Shown here: piece after piece, positions 21,763-30,098 of the stretch
Position numbering within the stretch: position 1 is the stretch's first letter
Layout of the letters: every line of letters begins with the position of its first letter
Source of the DNA: Giardia intestinalis
Lineage: Eukaryota
DNA length: 64,000 bases
Assembly: GCA_000002435.2 (NCBI GenBank)
Contig: CM018791.1
Strand: one strand, 5' to 3'
Made by a program: the position numbers and the translations under genes
The notes under the pieces: model-generated
What the model was told of the DNA's origin: nothing
The model's input: the letters and a program-made list of their open reading frames with translations, nothing else
Database searches by the model: none

Positions 21763-22024
21763 TTTTTCGGGCAGGATTTATTATTGACCAGAGGCTTTGT
21801 GGCACTCCTCTAGAGAAGATCTCAGTGTCAGCTTTAGGCCACTCCCATGGACATCGTCTGTTCCTGATCTCAGGGGCCCGTCAGGCTTCTCACGCTACCT
21901 CGCGGCTCCTCCGGGCGCGCGGCCCTGCTACTTCAAAGAGACTCGACTCCCAAGCCCCGCCTGGCCACCGAGCGGCCTGCAGGGTCCTTGCGCCCCCTGG
22001 GCCCGTGATGTGGCACATGGATGC

Positions 22025-22039
22025 GTTTACTACCTGAGT
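22025..22039 (-). promoter_or_regulatory. Conserved VSP 3' processing/polyadenylation motif (ACTYAGRTAGTRAAY), minus strand.
   Basis: The plus strand reads 'gtttactacctgagt', which is the reverse complement of ACTCAGGTAGTAAAC. It sits 2 nt after the VSP stop. AGTAAAY is the Giardia polyA signal (established knowledge). Confidence 0.6.
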
Positions 22040-22041
22040 AT

Positions 22042-24063
22042 CTACGCTTTGCCTCTGCAGATGAACCACCAGCAGAGGAACCCGACGAGCCCCCCGACTA
22101 CGACAATCACAGCAACAGAGATGCCGGCGATGGCCCCAGTGGAGAGGCCGCTCTTGTTCGTGCTTCCACCGGTGTTGTCGCTAGTGCCATCGCCCATCTC
22201 AAGGCACATGAACGCATCGGTGGATGACACCGTGCACTGCCTGCACCCAGCGAGCCCCTCAGAGCACGGATTACACTTTGTCCCAGCACTCTGCGGTTTG
22301 TAATATCCAGTGCTGCATGTAGCACAGGCGTTAGCGTCGTTAGCAGCCGTGCATGTCTCGCAGCTAAGATGGCACCTTTTATTGGAACAATCGCCATTAT
22401 CAGCCGTTAGACCACTGGCACATTTTGTACATTTTCCTCCCTGCACTGTAGTACACACTTGTTTACCAGGCTGTCTATTTGTTTGATAGCAACCGCCATC
22501 TTTGAGGAAGTAGTTATTTTCACATTGAGTGCATGCTCCATTACTCACCGTAGTGCAAAATCGTGTTCGCGTATTGGCCGCACAGTTGCCATCCAGTGGC
22601 GCTTGCTGAGCGTTCTTGCACTTTGAGCAGTATGCAGTTCCTCCTATCTGAGCCCCACACTCTGCGCATCCATCGTTTGTAGAACTCACACTGCACTGGT
22701 TCATGCACGTGCCCCCATTGGCAGGAGTATCAGCATCTGTATACTGAAGCATCTTCCCAGCAGGACAGGCCGTGCACTTATCAGCGCCCTCACCCTTGCA
22801 CTCTACGCACGCATCGTTGCACTTCTTGCAGGTCTTTTTGCCACTATCGTCTCCGTAGTAGCCCTTGAGGGTCGTGCAGTCAGATACGCATTGACTGGTT
22901 GGGGTGAGGTAGTACTCAGACAGACACTTTGTACAGACCTCCTTATCAGCGCCTTCACCGGTGCACTCCAAACAGTGCTCTGTGTTACAGTTACTGATTG
23001 GTCGGCATTCAGTCGATTCAGTATTAGGCTGGAGTCCTTCGTTGCACTCGCACACTTGGCTATCCTGTCCGGTGGCCTTGGGGGTAGAGTTAGCAGGGCA
23101 ACTAGCAACGCACGACTTTTTGTTGAGGCCAAAGATGGTCTTATCAGAATCGGGGCACTCTTTGCATACTGCTCCGTCGCCGTTCTTTTCACAAGTCTTA
23201 CAATCTTTTGCCCCGCCCGATGTGCAGGTAGTGCAGGTCTTCGCTGCTTCATCTATGTAGTGTGTTGCTGGGCAATCGCCCTGATTAACGCACGTGCCTG
23301 TCTCACTGTCATCCTCCTTCTTCAGGTAGGGCGTGGCTTCAGTACACGAGGTACACTGCGTCTCTGTATTCTCGCATGTCTTACAGCTGGAAGCACATTT
23401 GCTGCACTTCTTTCCATTACGTGAGTCCACAAAATACCCATTATTGCAATCGGCCTCCTCGACACACGACGTTACGCCGTCGACTGTCTTGACAATCTTA
23501 CCGCCTCCACATGCATTACATGTAGCGGCTTTTGGTGCATCAGTCGCCTGCTCTGGCTTCTCGCAGGTGGTGCACCCATCTACGCCTGTGTACTTCTTAC
23601 CATCGCCAAGCGTCACTCCTTCGACGTCTCCACACCAGACAACCGACTGGTCTGTTTTGGTGGCCCCTGGAACAACAAAGTAGTTCTTTGTGGTAGCAGC
23701 CTCAGCGCATATCCCGTTTGTGGTAACCGTTTTACACATTTGATTGCCAGGTGTAGCGTCTTTTGAGTAACACCCGCCTTTGTACAAGAAATGATTTGCC
23801 GCATCGCACTGCTCGCACCTAACACTCGAAGCGTCAACGTTATCACCTGCCTTCTTTTTGCACCCGGCAGTTGTGACGGCGTTGTCATTTTGTGGTTTAC
23901 ATATTCCGTCAATAGGAACATTTCCTTGGTCTTTACACTCTGTGCATATCTCAGTGCTGCCAGCCATTTCACACATATTTTCCTTACATTTGCCAACCTG
24001 AGTATCTGCAGAACACGTCGCTGCGAGTGTACTCAGTGCAAAACAAAATGCCACCAACAACAT
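22042..24063 (-). CDS. vsp: Variant-specific surface protein (VSP), 673 aa, copy 1.
   Basis: Signal peptide 'MLLVAFCFALSTLAATCSA', dozens of CXXC motifs, GGCY motifs ('YKGGCY', 'KDGGCY'), a C-terminal TM helix, and the invariant tail 'CRGKA-stop'. Confidence 0.95.
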   Translation of the reverse strand: MLLVAFCFALSTLAATCSADTQVGKCKENMCEMAGSTEICTECKDQGNVPIDGICKPQNDNAVTTAGCKKKAGDNVDASSVRCEQCDAANHFLYKGGCYSKDATPGNQMCKTVTTNGICAEAATTKNYFVVPGATKTDQSVVWCGDVEGVTLGDGKKYTGVDGCTTCEKPEQATDAPKAATCNACGGGKIVKTVDGVTSCVEEADCNNGYFVDSRNGKKCSKCASSCKTCENTETQCTSCTEATPYLKKEDDSETGTCVNQGDCPATHYIDEAAKTCTTCTSGGAKDCKTCEKNGDGAVCKECPDSDKTIFGLNKKSCVASCPANSTPKATGQDSQVCECNEGLQPNTESTECRPISNCNTEHCLECTGEGADKEVCTKCLSEYYLTPTSQCVSDCTTLKGYYGDDSGKKTCKKCNDACVECKGEGADKCTACPAGKMLQYTDADTPANGGTCMNQCSVSSTNDGCAECGAQIGGTAYCSKCKNAQQAPLDGNCAANTRTRFCTTVSNGACTQCENNYFLKDGGCYQTNRQPGKQVCTTVQGGKCTKCASGLTADNGDCSNKRCHLSCETCTAANDANACATCSTGYYKPQSAGTKCNPCSEGLAGCRQCTVSSTDAFMCLEMGDGTSDNTGGSTNKSGLSTGAIAGISVAVIVVVGGLVGFLCWWFICRGKA

Positions 24064-24649
24064 TGTATTGTGGATTGGATTGCAATAAGATTCTGTTGGT
24101 GGTTGGACTGCTCCTGATAAGAAGACTCCATGCTTGCTAGTTCTTAATCAGCTTGAGACTCTTAGTCATTCATCTCAGAGGACAAAACCGGCATGTTCAG
24201 TAATGAGTGCACTGGCTCTCAAGCCGTACCACGTGTGCCGCTGGGGCCTACCTACATGTATGGTCCAGAAGTCTCACGGGCAAGCCTCGCTCAGTCCCTG
24301 GCCAGTCCGGAGGAGAGGGCTGGCCGCGGGTCGTAACGATAACCACAGCGGTGATAGGGAAGAGCTCCCTCCGTTTGTGGATCTGGGGTCTGTGCGTTCC
24401 TCGGCTGTTCCGCGGGCGTACGTGTCGATCTTTTCGAGGTTTTCTTACGGGCTCACTGTTCTACTGAGGGTGCCTCTCCTTGGTCTCTCTTCATAGTAGG
24501 TGAAGCTCTGGTCGTTGTCTTTTTAGATGCCCCCATCTGTCACAACTACTGCCGTCAGGGCTCTCTCCACCGGCTGAGATTCCACTCGATTGTGTGTCCG
24601 GTCTTGCGCCCCTTCTCGATCGTTGTCGTCGGGTCCCGGGGATGGACTC

Positions 24650-26450
24650 ATTCGGTTGTCAGAAGTAGGATGACAGGAGACGGTCGCTCTGGGTGACCAG
24701 GCTTTCGGCCCGGCCGCGTCTGATCAGCTTCGTCGGGTGCTCGTTCGCCTCTGCAGCCATGTGGGCGATGGCGAAGGCAGCCCGGACAGAGGTCCACGTG
24801 GAGCTCCTCGAGGTGCCCCTTGGACTTGGGGTGGAGGGATCCGTCTGTCTCGTCCCTGTACTTCTTGACCTTCTCGTTGTAGTAGGCATCCATCTGGCGG
24901 GGCTGGATGACACCCACGTCCACTGCCTTGCACTTGTCGACGAGCCAGATGTCGGGCTTCTGGTTCTGGTCGCTGAGGTGGCTGTGGGTCTCGACTTCCA
25001 GCTCTGCGTTGAACTTCCCTGAGACGCGGAGGTACAGGCACGCGACGATCATGTCGTGCCTTGTGGCAGCCCGGGCAGGTGCCTCTTGTCTGCGCCATGA
25101 TCGAGCCGCCCTTCTCCTTCAGGGCCCTTTCCTCCTCGGTCAGCACGCCGCACATCTGCAGACAGTACGCCGCCGCTCTATCCGGAAGCTGGTGTGTGCG
25201 CGTGAGGAGGCGGTTGGAGTAGGTCCCCTTCCCCTGCAGTGCCTGACCGCCCACCGACAGCTCCACCGGGTCCCTGGTCCCCTTGTTGACGTCCGGGGAG
25301 GCCCATGCCCTCCGCAGCTCGTCGTGGCAGAGCTCCGGCATGAGCAGGCCCGGGCCGCCCTTCTCCTTCGGGTACGCCAGGAAGTCGACCAGGCGATCGC
25401 AGCTTCTGTTGGTTAGTGCCTGAAGCCTTGTGCGACGCGTCTGTTGAGCTCCTCGTAGTCCGCCTTGTTCGATGTCATCTCGACCAGGGGGGCGTAGTTC
25501 ACCATCGGGACCACACAGAGTGACAGCAGGATGAGCTTCTGGTGGATGGTTATGGGGGCATTCTCAATCTTCCTCAGGGCAGTCTCGGCACCTGCGATGG
25601 CCTTCGGCGCGAGACTGGTAGGGATGGGGGACACCGGGTGGTTGAGGAAGGTCACCTCCTCGCCCGCCACGGTGGACTTGCATTTGTCGCTCCTGATCGT
25701 CAGGCCCATAGCCTGCTGTACTATTGCGCCTGCTGGGTACCCCTCGTCGTGGAGCGCCACGATGTCGTCCGCATAGGCAAGGAAGGTGATGCCCCTCCTT
25801 GAGGCGTCTCAGGAGGCGCTCGGTGGCCATGCAGAAGAGGAACATGCTGAGCGGGTCGCCCTGGGAGACGCCGCAGACCTCGCACTTCACGTCCCGGCTG
25901 TGCCTCGGCTCGAGGAAGTTCCTGATGTAGTCGATCAGGACCTTCGGGATGCCCGCCTCGTTCAGGGCTCTGACGACCTCTGCCCTCGGGAGCGAGTTGA
26001 GGGCGTTCTTTGTGTCGAGGGAGACGGCGTGCACCCCCGGCCTGCTGATGAGCTCGTGGGCCCTCCTCACGCCTACCGCGTATGCGTTCTGCATGAAGGC
26101 GATCTGTTCGCATGAGGGGTAGTTGGCATGCCTGATCAGTCGCTTCAGCAGGATGCGGTGGAAGATGCTTGTCACCGTCTCGCCATCGCGATCGGGGGTA
26201 TCCATCGGACTCCTTCAGGGTGGGTGGTCAGCTCGTTGTACGCCTGCGTGAGGTACTTCACGAAGCTGTCGTTCTGCTTCATCGCCTGAGCTGGACCGCC
26301 CGAGACCAGACAGGCCTTGTTGAGGGTTCCAAACAGGGCCTTCCTCATTTCTTCTTCGGTTGCCGGCTCCAGCCCCGTCGAGCTCATCGATGGAGGGCAG
26401 TCAAAGCCAACGTAGCCTTCGGGGAGGACGCACGGGTGTAGCGCGCTGAG
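24650..26450 (-). mobile_element. Degenerate non-LTR retrotransposon remnant (Giardia GilM/GilD-like). The RT and restriction-like endonuclease domains are split over at least 4 frames. It may extend 5' to about 27060.
   Basis: Minus-strand RT motifs 'FHRILLKRL', 'SQGDPLS' (about 25845) and 'FLAYADDIV' (about 25770, in a +1 shifted frame). Downstream are C..C/H..C clusters and the RLE motif 'KPDIWLVDKCKAVDVGV' (about 24959). The region is GC-rich relative to its flanks. Confidence 0.6.
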
Positions 26451-27364
26451 GGCGGTCGGCCTTCTTCGGCTTGTCTACCATGGGTGTGCCATCAAGGGCG
26501 CGGAGAGCCTTAGCAACTGCCCCGAAGCTCAGCGCGTTGTTCACCCTGTTTGCTATCCGGCGCCTCGCCCTCTCTGGATCTGGGTCCGACTTGCCTGGGA
26601 CTGCTCCGGGTGTTGCTTGAGTCTTCTAGCAGTTTCCTACCAAGGCGTCTAGACCCCTGATAGCGGGGAGCGCGACCCCAGTCCCTGCCTGCTCGATGCT
26701 CGCGATCATGCGCGCACCCTGGTGGATGAGCATGGCAGCTGTCTGATTCGGTATGTGGGACGGAATGATCAGTTTGTCGTCACCTAGTACTCTGTGTCTG
26801 TCATCATTTGCTTCTCTCAGGTGCTCGGTTAGTTGTTTAGCCTCTCGCACGGCAGGCCACAGAGCCAGCGTGTGTGTCCTGCTGAGAGAGTAAATGTCTT
26901 CGGAGTGGTCTCCCAAGTAGAGACTCACGGCTTGCTGTTTGGGGTCTCGGAGGTACGATCTTGCGTTCATAATGTGGATCGGGTCCTCGCGGGCTCTCCT
27001 TCGCCTCAGGTCCAGCTGTGTGCACGCCCGCGGAACAGCCAAGACACAAGACCCCAGATCCACAAACGGAGGGAGCTCCTCCTATCACCACTGTGGCTAT
27101 CACTGCGACCTTCGCCTTCGAGCTGGCCAGGGACTGAGCGAGGCTTGCCCGTGAGACTTCTGGACCATACATGTAGGTAGGCCCCAGCGGCACACGTGGT
27201 ACGGCTTGAGAGCCAGTGCACTCATTACTGAACATGCCGGTTTTGTCCTCTGAGATGAATGACTAAGAGTCTCAAGCTGATTAAGAACTAGCAAGCATGG
27301 AGTCTTCTTATCAGGAGCAGTCCAACCACCAACAGAATCTTATTGCAATCCAATCCACAATACA

Positions 27365-29386
27365 ATGTTGTTGGTGGCATTTTGTTTTGCACTGAGTACA
27401 CTCGCAGCGACGTGTTCTGCAGATACTCAGGTTGGCAAATGTAAGGAAAATATGTGTGAAATGGCTGGCAGCACTGAGATATGCACAGAGTGTAAAGACC
27501 AAGGAAATGTTCCTATTGACGGAATATGTAAACCACAAAATGACAACGCCGTCACAACTGCCGGGTGCAAAAAGAAGGCAGGTGATAACGTTGACGCTTC
27601 GAGTGTTAGGTGCGAGCAGTGCGATGCGGCAAATCATTTCTTGTACAAAGGCGGGTGTTACTCAAAAGACGCTACACCTGGCAATCAAATGTGTAAAACG
27701 GTTACCACAAACGGGATATGCGCTGAGGCTGCTACCACAAAGAACTACTTTGTTGTTCCAGGGGCCACCAAAACAGACCAGTCGGTTGTCTGGTGTGGAG
27801 ACGTCGAAGGAGTGACGCTTGGCGATGGTAAGAAGTACACAGGCGTAGATGGGTGCACCACCTGCGAGAAGCCAGAGCAGGCGACTGATGCACCAAAAGC
27901 CGCTACATGTAATGCATGTGGAGGCGGTAAGATTGTCAAGACAGTCGACGGCGTAACGTCGTGTGTCGAGGAGGCCGATTGCAATAATGGGTATTTTGTG
28001 GACTCACGTAATGGAAAGAAGTGCAGCAAATGTGCTTCCAGCTGTAAGACATGCGAGAATACAGAGACGCAGTGTACCTCGTGTACTGAAGCCACGCCCT
28101 ACCTGAAGAAGGAGGATGACAGTGAGACAGGCACGTGCGTTAATCAGGGCGATTGCCCAGCAACACACTACATAGATGAAGCAGCGAAGACCTGCACTAC
28201 CTGCACATCGGGCGGGGCAAAAGATTGTAAGACTTGTGAAAAGAACGGCGACGGAGCAGTATGCAAAGAGTGCCCCGATTCTGATAAGACCATCTTTGGC
28301 CTCAACAAAAAGTCGTGCGTTGCTAGTTGCCCTGCTAACTCTACCCCCAAGGCCACCGGACAGGATAGCCAAGTGTGCGAGTGCAACGAAGGACTCCAGC
28401 CTAATACTGAATCGACTGAATGCCGACCAATCAGTAACTGTAACACAGAGCACTGTTTGGAGTGCACCGGTGAAGGCGCTGATAAGGAGGTCTGTACAAA
28501 GTGTCTGTCTGAGTACTACCTCACCCCAACCAGTCAATGCGTATCTGACTGCACGACCCTCAAGGGCTACTACGGAGACGATAGTGGCAAAAAGACCTGC
28601 AAGAAGTGCAACGATGCGTGCGTAGAGTGCAAGGGTGAGGGCGCTGATAAGTGCACGGCCTGTCCTGCTGGGAAGATGCTTCAGTATACAGATGCTGATA
28701 CTCCTGCCAATGGGGGCACGTGCATGAACCAGTGCAGTGTGAGTTCTACAAACGATGGATGCGCAGAGTGTGGGGCTCAGATAGGAGGAACTGCATACTG
28801 CTCAAAGTGCAAGAACGCTCAGCAAGCGCCACTGGATGGCAACTGTGCGGCCAATACGCGAACACGATTTTGCACTACGGTGAGTAATGGAGCATGCACT
28901 CAATGTGAAAATAACTACTTCCTCAAAGATGGCGGTTGCTATCAAACAAATAGACAGCCTGGTAAACAAGTGTGTACTACAGTGCAGGGAGGAAAATGTA
29001 CAAAATGTGCCAGTGGTCTAACGGCTGATAATGGCGATTGTTCCAATAAAAGGTGCCATCTTAGCTGCGAGACATGCACGGCTGCTAACGACGCTAACGC
29101 CTGTGCTACATGCAGCACTGGATATTACAAACCGCAGAGTGCTGGGACAAAGTGTAATCCGTGCTCTGAGGGGCTCGCTGGGTGCAGGCAGTGCACGGTG
29201 TCATCCACCGATGCGTTCATGTGCCTTGAGATGGGCGATGGCACTAGCGACAACACCGGTGGAAGCACGAACAAGAGCGGCCTCTCCACTGGGGCCATCG
29301 CCGGCATCTCTGTTGCTGTGATTGTCGTAGTCGGGGGGCTCGTCGGGTTCCTCTGCTGGTGGTTCATCTGCAGAGGCAAAGCGTAG
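27365..29386 (+). CDS. vsp: Variant-specific surface protein (VSP), 673 aa, copy 2. It is 100% identical to copy 1.
   Basis: Protein identical to 22042..24063. CRGKA tail, signal peptide and CXXC/GGCY motifs are all present. Confidence 0.95.
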   Translation: MLLVAFCFALSTLAATCSADTQVGKCKENMCEMAGSTEICTECKDQGNVPIDGICKPQNDNAVTTAGCKKKAGDNVDASSVRCEQCDAANHFLYKGGCYSKDATPGNQMCKTVTTNGICAEAATTKNYFVVPGATKTDQSVVWCGDVEGVTLGDGKKYTGVDGCTTCEKPEQATDAPKAATCNACGGGKIVKTVDGVTSCVEEADCNNGYFVDSRNGKKCSKCASSCKTCENTETQCTSCTEATPYLKKEDDSETGTCVNQGDCPATHYIDEAAKTCTTCTSGGAKDCKTCEKNGDGAVCKECPDSDKTIFGLNKKSCVASCPANSTPKATGQDSQVCECNEGLQPNTESTECRPISNCNTEHCLECTGEGADKEVCTKCLSEYYLTPTSQCVSDCTTLKGYYGDDSGKKTCKKCNDACVECKGEGADKCTACPAGKMLQYTDADTPANGGTCMNQCSVSSTNDGCAECGAQIGGTAYCSKCKNAQQAPLDGNCAANTRTRFCTTVSNGACTQCENNYFLKDGGCYQTNRQPGKQVCTTVQGGKCTKCASGLTADNGDCSNKRCHLSCETCTAANDANACATCSTGYYKPQSAGTKCNPCSEGLAGCRQCTVSSTDAFMCLEMGDGTSDNTGGSTNKSGLSTGAIAGISVAVIVVVGGLVGFLCWWFICRGKA

Positions 29387-29388
29387 AT

Positions 29389-29403
29389 ACTCAGGTAGTA
29401 AAC
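29389..29403 (+). promoter_or_regulatory. Conserved VSP 3' processing/polyadenylation motif ACTCAGGTAGTAAAC.
   Basis: The sequence 'gcgTAGatACTCAGGTAGTAAACgcatcc' lies immediately after the CRGKA stop codon. Confidence 0.6.
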
Positions 29404-30098
29404 GCATCCATGTGCCACATCACGGGCCCAGGGGGCGCAAGGACCCTGCAGGCCGCTCGGTGGCCAGGCGGGGCTTGGGAGTCGAGTCTCTTTGAAGTAG
29501 CAGGGCCGCGCGCCCGGAGGAGCCGCGGACACGTCTCAGGCAGGGCGACGGCCTCCGGTGCCCAAGACCGGTTACACACGGCGGGGTGGACAGAAATTAT
29601 AGTTTCATATGGCTCCTTTTGTCTAGGGAAGCAACTCGTAGTTATTTGGCTTCTATTTCAGAATATCTTTACTGAGCGTCAATTCTTGTGATACTACATA
29701 CTGAAGAGTTATAAAAAGTACTCAGAATATATTGTCAAGAGAATACGAAGCGCCTATACAATAGAGTGTACGCATATTATGCACGTATTCAGGCTCACTT
29801 TGCTTAGTTTAGTTGTATTTAGCTATAACTTTTCAGAGAACTTTACACTGGATTGCAAAGGCGCTCAGTGGTAAGTGACATTAGGATGAACGCAGATCTG
29901 GGTTATTTCTATTCATGGCATGGCTTGCACCTAACTAACCAGTAGAACTAATAGCTAATATCCATGAAATACTAGATACGTAGTTTACTGCACAACCTCA
30001 ATTAGAGCAAGTGGTAAGTACACTGCGATACGCTTCTTCAGCTGTGTACTCTTGAGTAGATATTTATAAGTAAAGCATCTGAGTATTAAGCATAGTGC

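Larger units (their letters stand above)
21901..24300. repeat. Left arm of a perfect inverted duplication of about 2.4 kb. It is the mirror of 27130..29528.
   Basis: All ORF-track translations in 21797-24496 reappear identically on the opposite strand in 27006-29532. Identity begins 141 bp 3' of the VSP stop and runs to about 237 bp 5' of the VSP ATG. A lower-identity extension reaches about 24430. Confidence 0.9.
27130..29528. repeat. Right arm of the inverted duplication. It is the mirror of 21901..24300.
   Basis: Same evidence as the left arm. The translated ORFs are identical on opposite strands. Confidence 0.9.

Noticed and set aside
22803-23996. Antisense and alternative-frame ORFs overlapping the VSP genes (for example 22803..23252, 22891..23424 and 23613..23996, with their mirror images at 27432..28625).
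   Set aside because: The GC-rich, cysteine-codon-rich VSP sequence is stop-poor in several frames. Every such ORF appears twice only because of the inverted duplication. None has protein features.
24134-24496. ORFs 24134..24496, 24207..24467 and their mirrors 27100..27294 and 27006..27221, which look like 'conserved' small proteins.
   Set aside because: They lie in the duplicated 5' flank of the two VSP copies. Their conservation is DNA-level duplication, not purifying selection. No start context or protein features are present.
29871-29945. Intron-like signals 'gtaagt' ... 'cctaactaaccag' in the intergenic region.
   Set aside because: Giardia cis-introns use GTATGT 5' sites and a fused ACTAACACACAG-type branch and 3' site. 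Here there is no flanking ORF and the 5' site is non-canonical. It is most likely chance.
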